A stretch of DNA of 64,000 nt from an uncultured Bacteroidota bacterium (GCA_902774175.1 CACYHG010000025.1:1141-65140); one strand, 5' to 3'. Shown: positions 18,438-27,052, counted from the stretch's first letter. Program-made: numbers and translations. Notes: generated by a model not told the origin, from the letters alone.

Positions 18438-18445
18438 CAAAAGTA
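18438..18445 (-). promoter_or_regulatory. Bacteroidetes -7 promoter box (TACTTTTG on minus strand) heading the island operon
   Basis: Plus-strand CAAAAGTA, 38 nt upstream of the ATPase ATG at 18400. Confidence 0.5.
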
Positions 18446-18453
18446 CAAAAAAT

Positions 18454-18481
18454 ATAACAAATATGTATACAAATTTGTTAT
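18454..18481. promoter_or_regulatory. Near-perfect 28-bp palindrome overlapping the expected -33 region of the island promoter (operator-like)
   Basis: ATAACAAATATGTATACAAATTTGTTAT has 26/28 self-complementary positions and starts 9 nt upstream of the -7 box. Confidence 0.4.
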
Positions 18482-18719
18482 TTTTTTCTATTTTATTTTA
18501 AAAATTCCGTAAATTATGCCATTATGTCATATAAACTGCCAAAAAAAACATTTTTTTCATTAAAAAAAGACATAATTTTGAATTGGAACATTTTTTGTCA
18601 TAAATAATTTCAACAGGAGACTTCAGCACCTGTATAAAGCAATCGGGCAGCTCATCCCGTCAGAATTGAGCGGCCGAGGCGGTCCGGTCTTATGACCGCA
18701 TAATTTATTCACCAAATCA

Positions 18720-18917
18720 ATGCGTATGGGAAAAAACATACATGTTGTCAAAAGAGGCGATCATTGGTCAGCTGTTCAAGAAAAAGCCAAACGCAGTTCT
18801 GGCAATTTCCGAACTCAAGCGGAGGCTGTGGAGCGTGCAAAAGAGATAGCCAAGAATAACGGACAAGAAGTCTGTATTCATGGTGTCGATGGCAGAATTC
18901 GCGAAAAGAACAGCTAA
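18720..18917 (+). CDS. DUF2188 domain-containing small protein
   Basis: 65 aa. NIHVVKRGDHWSAVQEKAKRSSGNFRTQAEAVERAKEIAKNNGQEVCIHGVDGRIRE fits the DUF2188 pattern (W..k.eg..r....f.tk.eA...a..iA......el.iH..dG.I). Confidence 0.7.
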   Translation: MRMGKNIHVVKRGDHWSAVQEKAKRSSGNFRTQAEAVERAKEIAKNNGQEVCIHGVDGRIREKNS

Positions 18918-18960
18918 GGCAACGATTCTTATCCTCCAGAAGGATAAATGAACTGCCTCC

Positions 18961-18993
18961 AAGTAGGTGTCGCTAATGTGGCACCTACTTTTT
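18961..18993 (+). terminator. Rho-independent terminator after the DUF2188 gene
   Basis: 9-bp stem AAGTAGGTG / CACCTACTT with a 12-nt loop, running into TTTTT. Confidence 0.6.
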
Positions 18994-19117
18994 ACTTCAA
19001 TAGCTTTGCGCGTTCCTCATCGATGGCCATTTGCCCAATGAGGGTGTTGCCCTCCTCAACCTCGATGTCGCCAATGGAGCGCACCCAATTGTCCCAAATC
19101 GCATCAAAAGGATGGTC
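18992..19117 (-). pseudogene. Orphan C-terminal gene fragment (41 codons, no start)
   Basis: The minus-strand frame DHPFDAIWDNWVRSIGDIEVEEGNTLIGQMAIDEERAKLLK-stop is bounded upstream by an in-frame TAA. It has protein-like composition and is GC-richer than its AT-rich neighbours. Family not recognised. Confidence 0.3.
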
Positions 19118-19163
19118 TTAATCAAGACATTGTTATCGGACGTGAAATTCCTTTGTAAAGGAA

Positions 19164-19221
19164 AATCCTACTCCGGCACGTAGATGATTTCGCCGTTCTC
19201 CAGCTCGTATGCGGTGCCGAC
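19164..19221. repeat. Direct repeat copy 2: functional 3-prime end of the DUF2149 gene, right island boundary (attR-like)
   Basis: 55/58 identical to 5352-5409, with the identical core at 19178-19221. Confidence 0.85.
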
Positions 19222-19494
19222 GCGCCTGCCGAGGGAACCGGAGCTGTTCTCATCGTTTTCCGAAGGGGTGTAGCGGTTTATCTTCTCCCCCTCCTTGGTG
19301 ATAATCTCCATATCCTCCTTTCCGGGATTCTTCACGATGGTGAAATCCTCCTTGCTGAACATCTCCGTCATGTTGTAACGGCTGACCAAAGCCACCATCA
19401 GCGCCACGGCGAACACCATGGCCACATCGAACAGATTGCTCACCACGCTCATCGGATCCTCCTCCTCAGAGGAGCGTAACAGATTCCTTCTCAT
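19168..19494 (-). CDS. DUF2149 small membrane protein (HmuV-like, last gene of the hmu-type operon)
   Basis: 108 aa. One TM helix (NLFDVAMVFAVALMVALV). Overlaps the upstream MotA/ExbB-like gene by 4 nt. Gene order is as in hmuYRSTUV loci. Confidence 0.7.
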   Translation of the reverse strand: MRRNLLRSSEEEDPMSVVSNLFDVAMVFAVALMVALVSRYNMTEMFSKEDFTIVKNPGKEDMEIITKEGEKINRYTPSENDENSSGSLGRRVGTAYELENGEIIYVPE

Positions 19495-20093
19495 TGTCCC
19501 GAATGTTTTTCTTTCAACAGTTCAGCCACAAAAACAAGCTGGTTCATCTCCTCCACGTACCAGCGGCGCTTTATCTGCTGCACGGCGAAGCCGACCGCGC
19601 TGCTGAAAAGTCCGACCACCGTGGTGGCGAACGCCACCTGCATGTTATAGGCCATGGAGGCAATGTCGCCGGTGGAAAGCCCAACCAAGGCTGGTCCCAT
19701 CGGAATAAGGGTACCCATAAGGCCGAACATCGGACCCATTTTGGCCAACATTTTGGAGGGGGTGAGCTCCTTGTCGGCGGCAGCCTCAAAATCGGCCACC
19801 ACCTTCTCAATCCTTGCCGGACTCCCCTCCGACTGTTGCAGCTCCTTCAGATGCCGCATGAAAAGTGAACGGCTTTTGGCCGGCAGTTCCGCCCAAAAGT
19901 CATCAAGATTGTCTGGAGTGAGCGTCCGAAGATGCTCCTGCGTCCGAAAATGCGATTTGCGCACGTCCAAGTACTGCCCGAAAAAGCCCCCGACCATCAG
20001 CAGGGAACGGCAGAAAAAATAGATCAGCAACAGGATGACAGGCACAAGGAGGCCGGTTGAGATCCAGTAGAGAATGTCTGAGATGTAGTGCAT
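19491..20093 (-). CDS. MotA/TolQ/ExbB proton-channel family protein (HmuU-like)
   Basis: 200 aa with three TM segments and the conserved C-terminal core MGPMFGLMGTLIPMGPALVGL...MQVAFATTVVGL. Confidence 0.8.
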   Translation of the reverse strand: MHYISDILYWISTGLLVPVILLLIYFFCRSLLMVGGFFGQYLDVRKSHFRTQEHLRTLTPDNLDDFWAELPAKSRSLFMRHLKELQQSEGSPARIEKVVADFEAAADKELTPSKMLAKMGPMFGLMGTLIPMGPALVGLSTGDIASMAYNMQVAFATTVVGLFSSAVGFAVQQIKRRWYVEEMNQLVFVAELLKEKHSGQ

Positions 20094-20112
20094 GGTTGTT
20101 TAGATTAGATGT

Positions 20113-20152
20113 TAAAATGTGAAAATGTGAAAATGTGAAAATGTTAAGTTGT
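20113..20152. repeat. 8-bp tandem repeat (GAAAATGT x3 perfect plus degenerate flanking units) in an intra-operon spacer
   Basis: TAAAATGT GAAAATGT GAAAATGT GAAAATGT TAAGTTGT, lying between the stop of 20144-20731 and the start at 20093. Confidence 0.8.
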
Positions 20153-20731
20153 TAAGAAATTGGCGGCGGATCTGCCGTTGACGGTGGCGATCACGCCTAA
20201 CGCGGCAATGACGGCATTAACCAGAAAAAGCAATTCAAGACGCAGTTCCTCCTCCGGAACAAGACGGCGCATAGCCCAAATTCCCAAGACAATGAAAACC
20301 GACACGGCGGCTGCCAGAGACCACGAGACCAACGGAAAGGAGACTCCGGGGAGCATAAAGATGAGCTGCACCTGCAGGCTGAAAATCACCACAAGATAGA
20401 GCAGTCCGGGAAATCCCTTCAGTCCGAGATAGAGCCAGCGGGAAATCCGGCTCCCCTCCTGCCGCTCCGGAAACGCGTGCCGGATGCAGAAGGCAATCTG
20501 CAATGCAACCTCGACAAAAAGCAGCACCGCAGTATCGGCCATCAGGTCGGGATTGGAGAGCCAGTCGGCAATCTGCATCCTGCTTCGGGTGATGGCCAAC
20601 GGCCAGGAAAAGCCGGTAACCAGGGCGGTGCAGACCACGACGGCGGCCACAGCCCGGCGGCTGCAGAAAGTCATCTTCAGCAGCATGCTGGCCAAAAGCA
20701 GTGCCATAAGACAAATCACCAATGCATGCAT
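20144..20731 (-). CDS. Polytopic membrane protein (HmuT-like position)
   Basis: 195 aa with about 6 hydrophobic helices, located between the CobN-like and ExbB-like genes. Confidence 0.6.
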   Translation of the reverse strand: MHALVICLMALLLASMLLKMTFCSRRAVAAVVVCTALVTGFSWPLAITRSRMQIADWLSNPDLMADTAVLLFVEVALQIAFCIRHAFPERQEGSRISRWLYLGLKGFPGLLYLVVIFSLQVQLIFMLPGVSFPLVSWSLAAAVSVFIVLGIWAMRRLVPEEELRLELLFLVNAVIAALGVIATVNGRSAANFLTT

Positions 20732-20743
20732 ATCCCTCCCTTT

Positions 20744-23700
20744 TTATTCCATATCACGGTTGTGCCTGCGCCTCCGTATCATCCATACCGACAGCACCGC
20801 AGCGGCAGCCACACCGATAATGACAATGATATTGCTGACGGTCTGGCGCAGCATGCTGCCCCTATTCAGCTCCTCCCTTTTCATCACCACACTCTTTTGG
20901 TCGGATTGGGCAACGGTCTGCGACTGGCGCACCTGACGTATCTGTTTTTTGTACTGCTCTGCGGCCTGCGCATCCACATTTTTTGAGATGAACTGCTGCA
21001 GCTTCACGTTGTCACAGACCATGCCGGAGCAGGCTGCGCCGTGGTCACGCACAAGCTCCGTATGCAGCTTCGCCACATCGGACAGCTGTTCCGCAGAGGC
21101 CTTCCACATGCCCTTGCGGGCGCTCTCCATCATCACGGCGGTCAACTCCTGCAGTGCGGCGGGATTCTCCCCCTCAAAATATTGCCGGAGGTTCATGTTG
21201 AACTTGTCCTTCACATACACACCATAAATCTCGTCCCACATTTCGTTGTCTATCGCCTCAGGCTTCATGACATTCCATCCGTAGGTGTTCTGCACAAGCT
21301 CGGAGAAGGTGTTTGCGGAGGAGGCGCCGCCCCGCATCATTTCGCGGATATAACCCCTTCCCGACCAATATCCGTTCGGTCTCCACAACCCCCGCCGCCA
21401 CCTGGTTGGCAAAGGTGTCGTTATCGGATGCGGCTGCCATCTGCACAGCGCGGTTGATGAGGAAAAGGCGCGATGCGGCGATGTCACGCAGCTGCCCGCT
21501 GGTCTGCACCACCACATCGATGCGCGGACGGCCCAGCTCACGCGAAGGGATCAGCCGCAGATCCGTCACCCGCCCGAAAGCGTCACGAAGCGGCTCCACG
21601 CCCAACATGTAAAGCACCTGCGCGACGGTTGCCCCTTCGGTCTCGATGAACTCCCCGCTCCAGAGCGTGTAGCTCACCTTGCGCGGCAGGCTGTCGTGAT
21701 GCCGCTGCCGGTAAAGTCTGATGGTGTTCTCCGCCAGCATCTTCCCCTTCTCCCACGCAGCCTCCGACGGTGTATTCTCCGCATTGATGCCGTACAGGTT
21801 GCGTCCGGTCGGCATCGTGTTGGAATTTACGATGGGGTCACCGCCGGGTGAGGGTGAAATGTAGCCACCGTCAAGCGCATTCAAGATGGAACGGAGCTCC
21901 ATGGAGGGACTATCCTGCAACAGCTGGCGGTAGCGGTTCACATTCAGGATGCTCCGTTCCACCTCCATCACCGCCAGTGCCCACTGGATCTCCTCACGGC
22001 TGTAACCGTCCTTCATCATGCCGCTGTCAGACCGGTTTGACACAGCTGCAGCGGAGGTAGTCTCCTTTTTCATGGCCTTCTCCATCTTTTTCAGAGCTTC
22101 GGGGCTAGCCCCCATCATCTTGGCCATCTTCAACGCCTTTTCAGGGCGCATGCCGCCGCCCATCCTGCGCATCATCCGGCTCATTCCATCCTGCTGCCCC
22201 GCCGGACGGCTGCGGTCGGCATGGGTGGCTCCAGGCATCTCATCAGCCATGGAGGCCATCATCGACATCATATCGACAGGTGCCTGCGCATCCGAAATTT
22301 CCCTTGCACGCTCCAACTCTTCCGGTGTGATGGCAGCCACCTTGCAGACCAACGCATCGGTCGCCACGGCAGGATTTTGGAGAATCCGCGACACCAGCTC
22401 ACGCGCCGGTTGCAGATAACGGGCTGAAAACTCCGTGCGGCGGCGTTCCGCATCGGGAACAGCCCTGCCGCGCAGCTTGTCCAACGCCAGCAGGCTGTAG
22501 GCCACCGGATCGGTCGTCATGGCGAAGACGCTGCTTTCAATATGCCTTTTTTCATAAGGTTCTCCAAGTATATAGGGATGCCCGGCCATCTTCTCATTGG
22601 CCAGCTCCTCCGCAAAGTTTTCAATGCGTCCGATATCATCCTCGCTGTACGGTATGGAGAGATTGCTGTCAAGCTCCAGTGCGCGGTGTATGCCCAGAGT
22701 TACCGCCAGCCGCTTGACCGCAAGGGAGGCCTTTTCCGCATCCCCATGCTGTTCCAATGTATGATAATAGGTTTTGACACTTTCGGACAACTCGCGGTAG
22801 CTGCCGCGCACACCGCTTTCCATGAATGGTGGCGTAAGGTATGAGAGCAGCGTGGCGTATGAGCGGCGTTTCGCAGTAAGCCCTTCGCCCACATTGCCGA
22901 TTGTATAGAGGTAGAAATGCGGCATTGTCCCGATCAGACGGTCAGGCCAGTCGTTGTCGCACAAGGCATTCTGCTTGCGCGGCGTGAACTCGAGGCTGCC
23001 GTGGGTGCCGAAATGGACAATGGCATCGGCATGGAAGCCGAACCTTGCCCAAAGATATGCGGCGATGTAGGTGTGCGGCGGAGCGCTCTCCGTACCGTGC
23101 ACTATTTTGAATGTGTTGCCGCCCAGTCCCGCCATGGGCTGCGGCATCAGCACCACATTGCCGAACTGCAGCCGCGCCACTGCCAGCTTTCCGCCGGAGT
23201 TCATATATTTTCCCGGAAAATCCCCATACTGGGAGACAACTTCGGAATATCTGTCGTCACGCAAGGCTTTCTTAACCCAGGAGAGATACTGCTCCCGTGT
23301 GACCATTTCGGGATTCCCCTCCTTCATAAAACGTTCAAAGGCACCCTCCGCGTAACTTCCGAGAACACTCCCCTGCCGCTGCAGCATTTTGCCAAGTGCA
23401 TCGGCGGATGCGGGCAGCATGCCGGTGTTATAGCCTTCATCGCGCAACAGCAGCAGCAGGCGGTACAGGGATGGCACCACCTCCATGCCGGAGGCTGTCA
23501 GGGCGTTCTGCCCCGGCCCCTTGTAATAGAAGACCACCACCCTCTTTTCGCTTTCCGGCTTTCTTTTCAAAGCGATATAACGGTTGACCGTCTCCACAAA
23601 ATCGGCAAGCCGGTGCGGCTCGGCATATATTTCGGTCAGCCCCTCGTCATTAATCCGGTGAGAGAATATGGCGTATGGCCGGATGGCACCGTCGATTTCA

Positions 23701-24629
23701 GGCGTGACAACGCTCTGGGAGAAAAAGCCGCCGCTCATGCCCATCCTGTCCGCCTCCCATTCTTCAGTAAGCTGCGGGACATATACTGTGGTGAACAGCG
23801 GAATGTTGTTCCGTTCCAGATAACGCACCATATAGTCCCCCATGCGCCCGTGTGCCATGTTAACAACTGCTGAGACCCTCACCGAATCGGCATGACCGTC
23901 ACGGATAAAGGCCCGCATGTTCCGTACCGGATACACCCTGTTCCCGCTTTTTTCCAGCTGTCGCACCAGAGCGTCCGGCTCACCCATCTGCCCGGTCACA
24001 ACCACACATGGCGACTGCTCCGAATAAAGCTTGTGCGCCTTCAAAAAGGCATGGTACTCCGCAATGGAGTTGAATCCCAGCTCCTCCTCATCGGGATGCT
24101 TTGGGTCGGCATGGTAAAGCAGCTCGCTTGAGGCCTTCACCACAGGGAGCGGCTCACGTACAAAAAAATGCTTGCCGTCCACATGGAGGCGGATATAGTC
24201 CAACATGCTGCGGTAGTTCCCCCTTCCGCCTGCGGCCAGATACTGCGCCAGCGTGTCAGCCGTCAGTGAATCCACGGAAACAATATAGTTGTCGGGATTG
24301 GTGACTGCCGTGGAGAGCATGGGAACCCTCCCCGACACCTTATACAAAAAGGCACGCTGCTCCTCCGTAATGCGCAGCCCCATGCCGTTAATCATGACCA
24401 TGTCGCAGCGGCGCAACTGTTTCAGGTTGTCAAGCCCCACCTCCCTGATGCGGATGAAGCGGCTGCTGTTGCTTTTTGAAATCTGCCCCAATGTCGTAAT
24501 CTGGTAGTTGACGAACGCGATGCGCGTGGGCCGGCAGCAAAAGTGCCAGAACAGGACGGCGGCCAGCAGCAGCACCGCGCCAATCCCGATGATTATTCTT
24601 CCTTTTCGTTTCATATACGTTTTTGTCAT
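20744..24629 (-). pseudogene. hmuS: CobN/Mg-chelatase-like protein (HmuS-like haem dechelatase homologue), interrupted by a 1-nt frameshift
   Basis: The ORFs 21258-24629 and 20744-21541 overlap in different frames. Removing one C from the C4 run at 21354-21357 joins ...ERILVGKG to YIREMMRGGASSANTF... and gives about 1294 aa. CobN motifs are present (HFGTHGSLEFTPRK, and a C-terminal YGWNVMKPEAIDNEMWDEIY block). The start overlaps the hmuR stop (ATGA). Confidence 0.75.
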
Positions 24630-26779
24630 TTGTTTTTCCCAATTTTCCCGAAATCCACCGAGAGCGCGACGGAGCAGGTGGTTCCTGTCGTGAAGGGCGA
24701 ATTGCTGTAATAATAGTCCGGCACATAGTTGAACAGGTTGTCAACGGAGAGTGTCAGGTGATATGCCTTGCGGAAATGCTGCCCGAAGGTGAGTTTCCAG
24801 ATGCTGTAGCCCGGATAGGTGACTTTTTTTGTCTCCTCGAAATTGGTCAGCGAAAGGTATTCGTCACAGGTGACGGCGGAGAGGAACCTCCCTGACAATG
24901 CCACATTGAAGCCGTAATGCGCCCATTTTTTCGCGTATGTGAGCTGCGCGGTGGCCGAATGAGGACGTGTGGCGGAAAACTCCGGCTCCCCCTTTGGAAT
25001 CTGCTCATGTGTGAAGACATAGGAGAGCTTGGTGCCCAGCCCGTTCTTCCATCTGGCGGAGAAATTGGCGTCTGTGCCGGAAATCCACAGCGGCGACATG
25101 TTCACATACTGCATCCCCTCCAGCGCACGGTTCCACGCCGTGGTGATGCGGTTCTCCACATAATTGTAAAAAGCTGTCACAGTCACATTATATGCGCCAC
25201 GGGTGAATTCGCCGGCCATGCTGAAATTGCGGCTGGTCTCCGCCTTCAGGTCCGGATTGCCGTAAATGGTGAAAATGCTGGCCATGTCGAACTGCATGTT
25301 CATCTCCTTGAGCGTCGGGGCGCGGAAGCCGTCCGCATAGGAGGCGCGGAGGGAAAAATCCCCCCATTTGTACATCAGCGCAAGCTTCGGGGAGAGGTGC
25401 CGCACATCCGCTTCGGAATAGCTGTCGTAGCGCAGGGCCGAAACCATGTTGAAACGCCGAGTGGGATTCCAGTCAAACTGGAGGAACCCGTCCGCCGTAT
25501 GCTGCAGGTGCGCCCCATCCTGTGCAAACTGGTAGCTCATCAGATAGTCATAAAGGTAGTCCCCGCCTGCGGTAAGGATATGCTTTCCACGGAAGGTGCG
25601 GTTGAAAATGGTTCTCAGGGAATGCTGCACATTGCTGTAATCCCTGATGTCCAGACCCTCCTTCAGGGTGTAGTCGCTCTTGTCGTACTGGTCGAAGGAA
25701 TAGGCCAGCTCCAAATCATTTGCCGAGTCAAGATACAGATTTGCTTTCAGGCCGCCGGTGTAGTCGCGGTAACGCTCCGTCGCATAGCTTTCCGCCTCGC
25801 GGGCGCGGAAAAAGTATCCGGCGCGGCCCGTCAGCTTCATTTTTTTCATGGTATAGGTCATACGCTCCTTCACATTAAGCGAATGGTTGGCGTAAATTTG
25901 GCTGTAGTCGCCAGCGTTGGCCAACTGTATGGCATCGCAGGCGGCATACTGGACGTTGGCCATATTGTTGAAAGCTCCCGCCCTGAATCCGAGCGAGCCT
26001 CCGAAACGCCTGTCGTTATGCGTGCCGTAACGGAGGTTGGCCTGACAGCTCCATTTGTCGTCATTCTCGCGGCTGATGATGTTCACCACGCCGCCCACCG
26101 CGTTGGAGCCGTAAAGGGATGAGGCCGCCCCCTTCACAATTTCAATCCTGGAGACATTGTCCATGTTCAGACGGCTGTAGTCCACATTGTCGAGCGTCTC
26201 CCCCGCCAAACGCTCCCCGTCCACCAGAAAAAGCACGGATTTCCCCCCGAACCCCGACATGTTGAGCCCGACCTGCTGGTTCATGGAATAGCTGAACTCG
26301 ATGCCGGGCAGCTCCGCCTGAAGCACATCCTGCACATCCGGCAGGTCAAGCGTCCGGATGTCATCTTCACCGATCAGCCGCGTGACCACCGGCGCATCCT
26401 TCAGCAGCTTCGGCGTGCGCGTGCCGGTCACCACCATCAGGGACAATGCGCGGACATCCATCTTCATGCCAACGTAAACCAATCTGGCATTATCCGTTTT
26501 CACCCTGCGCACCTCCTTTTCATAACCTATATGGGAAAAGACTATCGAATAGGTGCCGGCGGAGGGCAGAGTCACCCTGAACAGCCCGTTCCCATCCGTC
26601 ACGGCGCCGTATCTCGTCCCCTCCACACTTACGCTGACACCAACCAAAGGCTGGCCGGTGGAGGAATCCTTCACCACGCCACGGATAAAATGCCCCGTCT
26701 GCGCAAAAACATCCGCCCCCGCAAGGCCGAATGCCGCCAAAAGCAGAAAAACAAACCGATATTTCAACAAAGCCCCCAT
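24626..26779 (-). CDS. hmuR: TonB-dependent outer-membrane receptor (HmuR-like)
   Basis: The signal peptide MGALLKYRFVFLLLAAFGLAGADVFAQ begins at Met-93 of the track ORF (ATG at 26779). The longer track ORF reads through the promoter module. A CarboxypepD_reg-like domain, a plug and a beta-barrel follow. Confidence 0.8.
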   Translation of the reverse strand: MGALLKYRFVFLLLAAFGLAGADVFAQTGHFIRGVVKDSSTGQPLVGVSVSVEGTRYGAVTDGNGLFRVTLPSAGTYSIVFSHIGYEKEVRRVKTDNARLVYVGMKMDVRALSLMVVTGTRTPKLLKDAPVVTRLIGEDDIRTLDLPDVQDVLQAELPGIEFSYSMNQQVGLNMSGFGGKSVLFLVDGERLAGETLDNVDYSRLNMDNVSRIEIVKGAASSLYGSNAVGGVVNIISRENDDKWSCQANLRYGTHNDRRFGGSLGFRAGAFNNMANVQYAACDAIQLANAGDYSQIYANHSLNVKERMTYTMKKMKLTGRAGYFFRAREAESYATERYRDYTGGLKANLYLDSANDLELAYSFDQYDKSDYTLKEGLDIRDYSNVQHSLRTIFNRTFRGKHILTAGGDYLYDYLMSYQFAQDGAHLQHTADGFLQFDWNPTRRFNMVSALRYDSYSEADVRHLSPKLALMYKWGDFSLRASYADGFRAPTLKEMNMQFDMASIFTIYGNPDLKAETSRNFSMAGEFTRGAYNVTVTAFYNYVENRITTAWNRALEGMQYVNMSPLWISGTDANFSARWKNGLGTKLSYVFTHEQIPKGEPEFSATRPHSATAQLTYAKKWAHYGFNVALSGRFLSAVTCDEYLSLTNFEETKKVTYPGYSIWKLTFGQHFRKAYHLTLSVDNLFNYVPDYYYSNSPFTTGTTCSVALSVDFGKIGKNK

Positions 26780-26840
26780 CGCCGTCAGAAATTCATTAGT
26801 AATAATCCCTATATTTTCAGGTCTGTCACTTATATCCCGC

Positions 26841-26935
26841 CACGCTTTCGTGACGGTTGCAAAAGTAGTGGAATGCGAGGAGAAAGCCCCTCCCCTAATA
26901 TGATGAAAAATGCGGCTGTATCTAACCAAAAGAAA
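26841..26935. repeat. ~95-bp promoter/leader module, copy 1 (upstream of hmuR)
   Basis: About 80 percent identical to 30261-30355. Shared blocks are CACGCTTxCGTGACxGTTGCAAAAGTAG, CCCCTCCCCTAA, ATGATGAAAAAT and CTAACCAA. Confidence 0.75.
26860..26867 (-). promoter_or_regulatory. -7 promoter box (TACTTTTG on minus strand) for hmuR-S-T-U-V
   Basis: Plus-strand CAAAAGTA, 81 nt upstream of the hmuR ATG at 26779. Confidence 0.5.
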
Positions 26936-27044
26936 ACGCCGCCCATGCGGAAAAAAGTAAGGACACATTTGCGCATGTAGGGACGCGGCACGCCACGCAC
27001 CTACATTTTTCCTGTGAAATTGAAAAAGGTATTGGAATAATTTG

Positions 27045-27052
27045 TATTTTTG
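27045..27052 (+). promoter_or_regulatory. -7 promoter box (TATTTTTG) for the plus-strand AT-rich gene set
   Basis: Matches TAnnTTTG, 68 nt upstream of the mini-ORF ATG at 27120. Confidence 0.4.

Noticed and set aside
18992-19117. The orphan fragment as the remnant of the missing island integrase.
   Set aside because: The 41-aa acidic tail shows none of the tyrosine-recombinase C-terminal hallmarks (no R..H..R/H...Y pattern). Its family remains unknown.
20113-20152. Possible CRISPR-like or minisatellite array.
   Set aside because: The units are only 8 bp, contiguous, and have no spacers. There are no cas genes in the window. It is reported only as a simple tandem repeat.
21354-21357. Programmed frameshifting or homopolymer phase variation for the three broken genes (hmuS, the OM barrel at 27433-27436, and the T9SS protein at 39028-39042).
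   Set aside because: The runs are only 3-4 nt, far shorter than typical contingency tracts, and no slippery heptamer or stimulatory structure is evident. Ordinary mutation or assembly indel error is the simpler explanation. Three such events in 64 kb makes sequencing error worth checking first.
26780-26860. Cobalamin or other riboswitch upstream of the TonB receptor / CobN-like genes.
   Set aside because: The leader between the -7 box and the hmuR ATG is only about 80 nt, and I see no B12-box-like element. That is too short for a cobalamin riboswitch.
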